From positions 1 through 57,471 of the forward strand of contig JAQGDQ010001174.1 in assembly GCA_030141605.1 (NCBI GenBank): a DNA stretch of 57,471 bases, given 5' to 3'. The translations under genes were made by a program, and so were the position numbers. The notes beneath the pieces are model-generated. The model was given only the letters and a program-made list of their open reading frames with translations. It searched no databases and was not told the origin of the DNA. Origin of the DNA: Tubiluchus corallicola (lineage: Eukaryota; Animalia; Priapulida). Below are positions 14,323-26,800 of this stretch, piece by piece; within the stretch, counting starts at the first letter, position 1, and each line of letters begins with the position of its first letter.

Positions 14323-17300
14323 TGCGTGCGTGTGTGTACGTATATTATATATATATATTGATTTCGACCATATTTAATTTCATTTTGACTGTGAAGATCT
14401 CATTGAAACTTGCCAGAAAAGAAAACAGAAAACATTTTATTTTGTCCTTATTTAAAAATTAATCAAATAGTTGTTTTTATCTAAACTTGCAAAGTCATAA
14501 ACTAAACAAACTGCATATTTTCTTGATTGCAAAATGGTTTAATCAGCAACTCATAGACGTAAGCGTTGTACATTTCTTCCTGTAAATGAAACTAGATTAT
14601 ACATTTCCACTAATTCACTTGCAATTTCAATTGACAATAATAATATCTAGAACCAGGCTAATATTTCTCCCACTAACTAATGAAAAGTTGACCATTGTTG
14701 TGCTACCTTCTTATAAAAAAATCTCCAACAACATAATTGTGTAGCTTGTATCATTTAATCTGAAAACAAATAAGATAATTTTATATAATTTTGCTCAATT
14801 TTGCAGCGAAATCTAAACCAAATAGATCTAATTAACTTTAACAAAATTTTACGCAAATTATAAAATCTAATCTTTAGTCTAATTAATCTAATCTTTTAAT
14901 AAACAAAGGTTCAAGATTTAAGAAATTAATAAATCAACTTACATGGAGATCTTCTATAAGTGTAATTATGAAATTATAACAACAAATCAATGAATGAGAC
15001 TAAACAATCTGTAACTGCAGTGTGAGAATGCCTGAGTGACTCCAATCAACAGGTAAGTGTACAGGTAAAAGACCGGTCACATGACCTGTTTAAAAGGAAA
15101 CCAATTTATAACAGAAAAGAGGGGGAAGTACTAGTTTAAATCAGCACAATTTTTCATAACAGTGTTAGACGGAGCTGTAGCTAAATGTCCCGAATGTACC
15201 TGCTGCAGGGGTGTGTGAAATAACTTGCACGCTGATTGGGCAGTCAACGAAAATGATTGACATTATGTTAGACGTCAGTTACAGAATTGTAAGGTGGCAT
15301 TTTTCCCACACTAGTCACAATCAGGAGTAATTAATCAATGTAATTAGTCCTAGTTAAACCAGCAGCTTGTTTTGTGTTTTCTGAGCAGGGTAACTTTTAC
15401 TGCAATGAAGTTTGGCTTGTTTCCCGTACTTTTTTCCTGTTTCTTTCCCGAATTTGTGCTGTGCAATGTTTCTCGTTAACCTGAGCTTTGTTTGCATCTT
15501 ATTTTTTGCAGAGCAATTCATTGTCACATGAGGTTACTTGAACTTAGAGATAGGTACAATGGTAACCTAGGACTCTCAATGGGTCGCACGCTGTATCTGC
15601 CGGAACAATATTCCTTCACTGATCTACAGACTCGGCATCCTGTACCTCAACTTAATGCTCATAATGGTATTGTCACTGATGAAACTGATAGCTTGTCTCG
15701 TGCCCTGGCCACCAGGACTGAACGGTCGCCCGACCTTTTATCCAATCTTCCCGGATATTCATCGTACAAAATCCGAATCACACGGGGCGATCCGGATCAC
15801 CCTGGAAGGACGCAGGAATACACACAAACAAAAACCGAAGTAACCGAAATCACGTCTGAGTACAAAAGTCCTCTCCCAAAACAACACATTTCTCTGGTGT
15901 CAGATGAACAGCAAACATATGTTTCATCAAATCGTAATTTTACTGGCATCACAGAGATCACAGAGTTGCCACCAGATTCACCAGACGTGTACAGCGATCC
16001 ATTCATTCAAAAGACAATGGATGCTAATCCGTTCTTTAATTATGTGCATGAATGCATGCAATGGGTTCAGAAGATGATGGTATGTGTGACATTATTAGCT
16101 AGAATTCTTTTTTAGTTTGATAATTTTATAATTTTATAGTTTGATAGTTGTCAGACACACACACACACACACACACACACAATATACATATATATATATA
16201 TAATTGTGTAGCTTGTATCTTTCTTCTTCTTTTCTTTTTCTTTTTTTCTTTTCTTTAATATATATACATAATTTGTTTCTTAAAATGGTAAATATTATAT
16301 TTTATATATTTGCAATCTTAAATTAGTTCATCTATACAGTATTTACATAAATTATGTTGATTAGTAAACAACATTTATAATGAGTGTCTATGTACAAGGT
16401 CAAGTAATATAAAAATTTAGTTGATCAGCTGGTTTAGCAACATCTCTTTTACTTCATTATCGCAAAAGCTTTGTATTACCCATTCACCATTAAGTGTTCA
16501 GAAGAGCTCATAGCACAAAAAATCATTAAAGCTAGCATCATTTCTGAACTTTACTGAATTTATGGGTATACGATTTTTCCCCGTTGTTGCTGTACTTATA
16601 TTATCATTTAGAATAGACAAGTTTTCTCGCAATCTTATTGTCTTGCAAAACTATTATACCTATGTCTATGTACGAATAGCTTTTTTTTCTGTAAAAATGC
16701 AGTAATTTCTGAACTGGTGAGTAGTATTCTGAATGGAGTACACAGTTCACGTTTCTTTGTTTGATTAGCAAATGTACACTTTGCGTTGCGGCTGCCGACA
16801 AACGTTTGAGCAAACAAATTCTTGTTTATAGTGTGTTATTTTCTTCCAAACAATGATCAATGTGTAACATAATGTTAGGGAAACAAAATACAGTGTGGAC
16901 TGCCAAGGTAGCAGTATCAGTAATTACCTTAGATAAATGATAAACTGAAAAGTTTTTTTTTACTCTGAACAATTAAACAATATTTGCCATAAGGGTGACA
17001 AATGAAGTTCTTGTTGTATTGGGAATTCTGCCGTAGGTCTCATCTGTTGTACATAAGCATAATTTGAACACGGTTTGAGCACTCAAGCACGATTTGAAAA
17101 TGTACATAAAGAACAGAATGACAAATGTTAGCATTCTGCTGTTTTATGTGTTACATAAAACCGAGGAACCGAGGAACCTTGGAATTGAACCGAGGAACCT
17201 GTTTGAATAGGTTTTAGTTTTTAGTTAACTTTTCTTGCCTTTTTCATCACTCCGTAGAACCAAAATATGCGAAATTCAAAAATAATTACTTGTAGAACAT

Positions 17301-20300
17301 AAATGGCTCAGCAAATAAGAAATGGGGCTCTTGTGATAAGTGCCTGTGCAAAGGCCACAAGGGGGCATCCGTGTGACCAGGTTATCCGGCTAGTTAGTCT
17401 TTGTGAGTTTTTGTAAGCTGACCCAGTGCTTAAGTCAGGTTTGTCACAGAAACTGATACAATTTATGCATTTCAGAGGCTTCTGGTTGTACTATTAGCAA
17501 TTGCCAAGAGTTTGTAGTGAAACATGTCTAATTTCATGTTTTTTTTAAAGTTTTGACGATTAAAAGATATCACTTAACTTATTTTCATTTATAAATTTAT
17601 TCATCTGTCCATTGATTGTTTTTTCCTAGATTTTTGTAAAGTTGGCAAAAGTAGGGAAAAAAGTAAAATAGGCCATTCTAAGTACCCGCACGTATTGTTA
17701 GGGTTAGGACGCACTTGCAGTGTGCCCAGTGTGATAAACCATAAATTTTATGCCAAGAACATTTGCCATACTCTAGCTTTGCCAGTGAAAGTAACTTCAT
17801 GACTTTTACGAAAAAAACATGAACTGTAGTTCTGGTTTATTTGTGCTTGCAGTTATGGTTTCTTAAGTCTTGTTTTGCATTTAATTTATCAGTGTTTAAT
17901 TATTTACACGTTAACAGGAAATACTCAAAGCTGGTGAATGGGGTGACGACATGGAGTCAGTTCGCAGGTACCTCCTTGAGCACAGAACATATTACAATGA
18001 AATCTCTGATTTCAACGAGGAAGTGGACAAATGTTCCAGAGCAAAAGTACTGCAAGTTGCATCTGTTTTTATCTAACTTCTTTACTTTTTATCCGATGGT
18101 AATTTTGAATTTGCATTTCAGAGTTAGAGCTGTAGCACTTATTTTAAAATTGTTGAAAGCACACAAAGTTTTATTTATGTCTTTGTTTCATATGGTAATT
18201 ATTGTAATTATGCTGTTAGTAATTAGTGACAGGTTAATGGAGAGCTTTTCCAACACAGTTTTTGCACTCCATGTTCACAATAATCCTTTAAATATTGTCG
18301 CATAGTTAACTGATTTTAAAATTTGTTTTGTAAATTTTTGTTTTGCAGATTAATTTATCCGGTGAGGATTACTTCAGATATTGCCAACTTTTGTCTGAAT
18401 TAGAAAAAATGTATTCACAACTTATGGTATGCAATGTTACTGATTTTATCTAAGTTTTGTAAAACTTCATAGTATGCTAGATAACTTTTTTATCATCTGG
18501 CAAAATTCAGAGTAACCATTCTTTTGAAATCATTATGCCTAGGATCTTGGAATCAAGAGGCTTTCTGGATTAGAGGCCGCTGAAGAATTTTTGCAAGATG
18601 TTGCCAACGAGTTGTCATGGATACGAGAACGGCAAAATACAGAGTTGTTTAGAAACTGGGGCGACACCAGCATAGACCTGACCGATGTGGAAAGATACTA
18701 TGAGGTATTTTTGTAGTTTCGAATATTTTTTGTTTTTGCGACTGTAATATTTGTGATCACATCTTACATTCTGAATCTGTATAAGTGAGAAGGATTTGAA
18801 CTGGTAGAACTTACCTTTGCTAAACACCTTAGTTATTGTTTTCTCCATTGATAGAATATCTTCAGTTGTTTTATATCTTTTCGTTAATTAGACACTCCCC
18901 CCTTGTTTTTGCGATTTTCTACTGTACTCTATAATTGATGCATTGCACAGAATTTTTGTTGTAGGAGCCTATATGTCATAAAAATGATCTTTTTCTTTTT
19001 CCTTAATCGATCATGCCAAAATTAATCTTTTTTCCCCCGATTCAATTTCTCTGCAAAATTTCTGTATTGAAAACCAACTAAAAGTATCTTAAATGCATTG
19101 CATGCAGAGGTATATACATGCATATTCTCCCACTGAAGCAATGAATAATGAATAATGAATATTGTTTTACTAACCAATTGATTATTATACTGTCTCACTA
19201 ATATTCTCTTGACACCAGCATTCAGCAACAAACGTGAGTGAGATTAGCTGAGTTTTAAAAATTAAATATGATTGAATCATACCATCGCTAGGTGTATTAT
19301 TCGTTATGTGGTTTCGTCCAAGTATTTTTCTTATAAAATATGATTTTTGTGCAGCATCTTGTAAATGAGATTGAAGCACGACAACAACTTGGATGCTTGT
19401 ATGAGAAAGGACAAGAACTAATCATTAACAACCATCCTTCATCATCAGCTATTCAGGTACTTTTTTCTTTAAAAGCATTTATGTTTATTTTTGTTGAACT
19501 ACTGATAGTGCTTTGAAGGAATTTTGATTCGTGATGAATATCAGTTTCCTAATTACAGCCAGTGTTTAATAAAATGCATATTTTAGCTATATCAAGGCTC
19601 AACAAATCTTTAATGCTTATTATAAATTTTGGAAATTTAGGATTCAAATAACTGTTGGTTACTATACGTTTCTGTGTTTTTACTTATCGTTCCACTTCTT
19701 GTATTTAAAGTACCATTCCCATGTTGTACCTGTTGTTGGTAGCTATTTTTGCTGTCCTAGAGGTATGATTGAAATCTGCTGATTGTTTTAGTTCTTAAAA
19801 ACCTTGCAAGTGAATTTTTCCAATCAGCATTTTTAAAGAAGCATTTATTTGCCATCTTCACTGCATTCTTCTTCACAAAATTTCGATATCAAATGCATTT
19901 GAAGAACTTTCTTGTATTGATGATCACTTGTAAAACACGTACACACACACATACGTATACAATATATATTTGTAGGTCAAAAATGAATTCTGTTTTATTT
20001 TCACATGGGCTTATTCCAACTCATTATTCCAACTTATTCCAACATATTGTCATTTTGTTTTTGTAGCTAACTTGGACTGCATACTACAAAATGTACAAAT
20101 AAAAATTTTAACAAAATGACTCTAGTTGAAATAAGCCCATGTCAAAATAAAATAGAATTCATTTTTGACCTAAAAAATGTGATAAGATTGATCACAAACA
20201 ACTATTAAAACATTTAATCAGATGTGCTTTTGCTTGTGTTGTGAAAGTAGAAAAAAGGTATTTAACTTTTTGCCAATGAGCTCAGTTTCTGTTTATGCAT

Positions 20301-23300
20301 GCATTTGTTTTTATTTGAATTTTTGCTGATTTATAGTGTTGGTTATCTGCTTGCGAGCACTGCAAATAGACTAAATTCTTACTTGTTTTCGAAAAATTCT
20401 GACTTACCATCGTCGCCTTACGAAATATCTATTGATAACATTAATTTTCTTGACATTGTAGTGAGATAACTAGTAATAATTTAAAAAACACGTTTTGCAG
20501 GCACAGCTTCATCGTCTTCAGTTGGAGTGGTCATGGCTGATGGAGCTGACCACATGTCTTGAGTCTCATCTTCGCTACGCTACGTCTTACCAGAAATTCT
20601 TCTCTGACCTCAAAGAATTGGCTAAATGGGTTGCCAGCACAGTGGAAGAACTGAGGAACAAACAACGTGTCAAGGAAGTCACTTTCGAGGAAGGGGAGCA
20701 ACATCTTCGTGAAATGGAGGTAAAGGCAACTGCATTTACTGAAATTGCATATATAGAGCATGGCGTAGCAATTTAGCTCAGGATGAATTTTTGGATGTTC
20801 ACCTTTTCGCACTGGCTAGCACTGGAAATTCAGCATCTGGGCAATTTTTGTCTTTTTTTTACAAAATTGCTAAATCTAACCTTTTAACCTGTGTAACTCT
20901 TATTAAGTTTTTGGCATTCACTTTAGGAACTAATTCTGTTTCTTGTTTCCAAGCAATCCGTGCTTTTCGAGCCATCTTGCGCTCTTTTATCTCAGCAGTG
21001 TGAAAGGCTCACGCATTGACTACGCATTAACTGATGTTTTTCTAGGACATAGCTGACAAGATTGACACATATGACGAGAAAGTCAACAACCTAGTAAACC
21101 AAAGCCGCAATGTCATTCCAATGGAGCTTAGAAATCGTAAAATTAGCTCGCCTATTCCAGTTCATGCACTCTGTAATTATAAACACGAAAAGGTATTTAA
21201 TATTTTCTCTGTTTCTTCATAGACTATATGTACTTAAATGGTTTTTGCATAAAGTAAATACAAAATAGTTAGTGCGGCCCGTTTTAGCCAATATAAAATT
21301 TTATTTTTTTACTTTTACTAATGTAAGTAATTTGTGCAGTACCATTATTGATGGCCAACACGTGCTTTGCTCTACAAAGGGCGTCCTCAGTATAATACAA
21401 CCAACATAGGACATTATTAATATCACAGTAATTTCTTGTTTGTTTGTATTATCCTTCCCAAGGAAGTCCTATGAAGGGCGAAACACACATTGGACAATGA
21501 TAAACATTTTTCACTTTTGTTATGCTTATTTATTCTGGTTTAAAAATGCAAAACCAGGTAATGAGATAATATTAAGAGAAACATAGGTGCAAAAGTATTT
21601 TATTCAACAGTCTCAGTTGTCTTTGGTTTAACAATAATGTCACTAAGTTAAGGTAATTAATAAAGGTTGGTTTATAGTTCCAGTTCAGCAAAGGTGACGA
21701 GTGTTCACTCTGTGATAATACTGACTATGCTAGATGGCAGATTCGTAATCCAGCTCGTCAACTGGAACTCTGTCCATCTGTTTGTCTAGTAATTCCACCT
21801 CCAAATGAAGAAGCTATTCAGCTAGCTGAAAGGTATGCTGACATTTAATTAACAATTAAGATACAAAGTAAGCATGTTTTAAACAGTGTTTTAGTACTTG
21901 ATTATGAAGCTCGATGTTTTTGTTTTGCTCAAACTACCACGTTAGAAGATTAGACACTTTTACTGATGCTATTATAATCTAACATATATATTCTGTTGAA
22001 TGTAATGGCATATGATTTAATGAAGTTTTGGTTTTGGCTAACCCTTGTCATTTTTTTCACAGTTCATACTTCACACATAGTGGATACACTACTTTTCGTT
22101 AGTGGTGTCTTTTTCAGATCCTTTATTTGACATATTTTATCTTTTTTTACAATATTTATGCTCCTTAGTCTTGAGTGAATTTGAGCGTGGCCAGGAATGA
22201 GTTAGTAATTGTTGATAGATAGGTGTGTAAGCATGTTCAGCAGACACTAGCCTGGCGCTTTGTGATAGCTATGGAGGGAGGGTCCCTAGCTCTTTGAGAA
22301 AAACTGGTTTACAAAACAGTGTGAGTCACTTTGAAATGCCTTCATCAGGACAATTTACTAAAGTTAGTTCTAAATTCCATTTCAGAAAACTTTAGTTTAG
22401 GAGAATTGTGGGATGTGTACGGCCACTGTTGTTAAATTAGATTAATTTCTTCTGCAGCGGCTAGTTGCTTATTATGTTAATACTAGTAATATTTGTTAGC
22501 TTGCTATCATCTTTTGCTCATCATTAATTATAATAGTGGTTTATTTATTACAGTTTAATCCCGATTTTGAGCAAAACGTTTTTGGAGTAGCTTTGCTGTG
22601 ATTGTTGGCAGAGTGAATTTTTTATTTACTCATTTAGTTCAAAGTTGTCATGTTTTAGCATTTTTGCAGGTTAAGAAACCAGTTGAATCATGTACGAAAG
22701 TTCTGGGTTGACCAGCAGACGGAATTAAAACTACAGATAATTTATGCAGCAATGCGTTTAATAAATTCTTGGGATTTATCTCAGGTAATTAAAATGTAAT
22801 TTCTTAATGATGGTGCTAAGTAGAGGACATTTTTTTTATCAAATTGTTTGTCAGCACTCATTGTAAATTGATGTTATCAAGTTGTTTTACATGTCATTTA
22901 TTTTTAATATCAATTCTACATTATTATTAATCGCCTTGAAAAAGGATACGTGGAGAAGTCGAGGCACAACCTGTATTTGAACCAGGGGATAGAGACACCT
23001 CCCTGTCTTTGCTGTTCAAATCGATACTATGTCAGGATTTTTTCATATATCCTTTTTTCGAGTAAGTGTGACTGCGAATTATGGGTTTATACAATCATTC
23101 ATTTTAAAAGTGTCGCAGCTTTTTCACATTTCATTATTTTTTTAATTGAATCAGCAAAAGGTCCCCCTTATTCAAACCCAGTCTGTGTCCGGGCTTTTTC
23201 ACTTCTCTTTTTCAAGCAGATGTGACTTAAAATTCACACTTGAATCAGCAAAAGGTCCCTGGTTTAAACCCAGTGTGTGTCTTGAGTTTTTCTCATATCC

Positions 23301-23806
23301 TTTATCGAGTCTTTAAATTCATCAATTGTGAGTTTATTCTATAGATGTCCTAGATGTTGTTTACTTTAGTTTTTCAAAAGAAGTAAATTAAGTAAATTTA
23401 TAATTTGTTGCAGTTAAAGGATGTTGACCCGGCCCGGAGGCAGGCAATCATTACTAGTCTTCAAGACAACTACGCAAATCTACGTGACGTCAAGGGACCG
23501 CGTGCGGGTGAAATTGAGCAGCTTAATGATCAAGTGCAAGAATGTATCACCAATTATACGAATTTGTGCGATCAGTTAGAACAGGAAGGTTTGTGTAGAA
23601 ACTCTTCCCTTGAAATTCTCGCAGAAGGTGTATTTACTATTATTATCATTTATTTTCGATCCACATGATATGTACTTCAATGCGACCGCTATATAAAAAA
23701 GGTTAGTACATCTTGAGATAAAAAATAAACAAGTGATTACAACATGGTACCAAAGACGATTTATAACAGACATTTATAATCTATTATATTAATTTCGCTG
23801 GTATCT

Positions 23807-23839
<33 letters not shown>

Positions 23840-26800
23840 AAATTCAAGGCTACAGCTCCGACGAGGGCACCATTTGCGGCGATCTATACATCAAACGAAA
23901 GGTCTCGATCTAGTGTCGTGCCATTGATGGTTTATTTTTCGAATTGGGCCCACCAGAAGGAGGGGGGGGGGGCGAAAAACACTCAAAAATGGCCATTTTT
24001 TGGCCGTTTTTTGCAAAACTTATACCTCTTATTTCTGAAGAACTGGAATGGGCCGAGGGTGGTGCTGGGTATGGATAGATAGCCCGTTTAGCGGTGGGTG
24101 TAGTATACAATATTAATAAAATGTTACATCGAAATGATGTGCCCTACTGTATTATTCAAATCATTATTGTACAGAAAGTAAAATTCTCTATCCATGGATT
24201 TCAAAATTTCCATTACAATAAAGCCATTTGCTACTGTTTGTTAGGGAAGTCTTGACGTTTATTAGCACAGATTTTCCATCGTGTATATTTTTATAGGTAC
24301 TGGCAAGTGTTTTTTTTTTGCATTTTAATACTACTTAACAATGCACTGCAAATCTAGAATGATTTTATCATTTTAAACAATAAAGTTTAATCATCATTAA
24401 TTTTTGAACATATTTTGCATTTTTCAGGGTTGGATCAGTCTGTGGAGGATTTGGTGTCATCACTAACTGATGATTTGACTACAGCTTCTAAGCGTCTAAC
24501 AGCTCGTGGTGTGGCACCTATTCCGAGGGACTTCAAAACACTTAAACAAATAGTTGAGGAGCACAAGGTTTTTATTTTAGATTGCATTTATGATATTAAC
24601 TGAGAAGCACAACATTTGTACATGAGCCTTTAATCTGATGGTTGAAGATCACAAGATTTGTGCTTTACTTATGTTACAGCTAATAGCAGAGAAGCATAAG
24701 GCATCAAAACTTCTGCGTTAAGCAACTGTTAAGTAGTTAACAGAATAGTACAATTTTTTGCATCATGTGCATTTCATAAAACAGAGCAAAATTTTTGTCT
24801 TGTATAACACATGCTGTTTTTTAAATTGTTAATGCTGTTTCTCATTGGCTCACAACTGGTGCAAGTTTTTGGACCTTGGTTATACTAAATAGCTTCTAAG
24901 ATCATTCAGACCATTTTTCTGAAATTATCATTAGGCATGGAATTGATGAATTTTACTGTTGTTAGTTATATAACCTTTAGATATTCAATTCGGAATTTTT
25001 AGAGCTAGTTGTTAAAGATTTATTGTAACTTCGGGTTGCGTAGCTAGTCTTCTTGTTTACCTTCCATTTTACAGGATTTTGAAATAAGCTTACAATCAAA
25101 GGAACCAAAAGTTGATATGCTCATTCACAAAGCTAACACAACAAAGTTATCTCCTGGAGTTCGCTCAAAGATTACTGCACTAATAGAGCATTGGGATAAA
25201 CTGTGGTCTTTATCCAGAGTTTTCCTGGAGAGGTAGGCTTCGATTGATGTTCCACTAGATAAAACTGCTTAATTTATTTATAATTTAATGTTATATAGGT
25301 AATGGCTCGTTTCTTTATATTATGTTAGGCAAGTTACATGACACTTAATGAAAGCAATCTTCCCTAATTGAGCTATTATTTATATATTGAATATAGACTT
25401 TTAGCCAGAGAATAATATTACCCTGTAGGATAACTAAACGTGAACTAGTTAAGTTAGTTCCTGTATCTAGAACTTTTGTTTGGCATATGTCCGCATATCA
25501 TCAGTTCTGGCGACGGGAATGAAAGTAAAACATCTATTGAGGTAAAGGAATTACTTGTTTTATATTTGCTGTATAGAAATTTGCCATTTGTTATTATTAA
25601 ATGTTTTTACAATAATTTGTTAAATCCTTCAGTAATTTTTTGAAATTTGAAGTGAATTATAGCTTAAATCAGGATTCAAACTGTCAACATGCAATAATAG
25701 CAAATTGTGTGTACAGCATTTAAGTAGATTTACAAGTACATGTTGCTTGCACCTGTGATTTTGAACCAAATAACTTTTGAATTTATTTCGTTTATAGGTT
25801 GAAATACTCGGAACTATGCTTACATAGTTTTAACGAAGCCGAAAAGTTCACGTCGGAACTAGAGCTCAACCTAGTGTCGCATGACAACACTATAGCAGAC
25901 TTTGATGATCCGAATACCATCATTAACAATCTAATGGTTAGTCCCAAAATTTTACTGTCTTAGGTAGTTCAGAGAATTGACAGTTGATAATGCAACTATC
26001 ATATTCTGTGCAATCACTTAAAGGCTTATATAACCCCAACAGAAGCTGAAGTTTTTTTAACACATTATTATAATTACACAAACAATTCATAGTTATTATT
26101 AAATTAAGGAGACTTATAAATCAAATAACTTACCTTCTTGTGGCGAATTTTAAATGTATGCATTACCGTAAAAATTGCCATGTTTCGTGTCTTTGGCACA
26201 AGTGACTGAGGATGACGTACAAGGTACAAAGGGTGTCTTTAGTTGCCAATGTTTGTTTACTGATCTTTGGTGACCTCGTGACTGTACTCATTACGTCATT
26301 CTTCTTGCACAACGAAAAATGGCGGTTCTTCAAATTCAGTACCGCTAACAGCGAAGTGATAAAAAATAAAAAAAGATAAGTTTTAATAAAATTAATTGAA
26401 TGTTCGTAATGAGAGTAGAATTTTAAATTGTTAAAGCTTATATTATAGTGAGGGTTTAGTTTAACCTTAACCTCTGATAGATATGGTAATGTACGTTTCT
26501 GCTACTCGTTCCGTCAGTTCTTTGAAATCTTTACTCCTTGCAACTAAGGTTACTTTTTTCTAGAAACTACAGGGTTTTATAGACCAGAATCAACAAACAA
26601 TTGATGATTTAGCCAACAATGTCAATCAGTTTCGTCCCCTGGTGGAGTATACGCGCAATCAGGAGGATCTTCATCCAGACGTGAAGACTCTGGAATCTGA
26701 TGCAGATAAAATACGACAGCGTTGGTCTCAAGCGCAGTCACACCTTTCAGACAGGTTTCACTTGTCAAATATTTATTGTAGTTTGTTGTAACGTAATACA

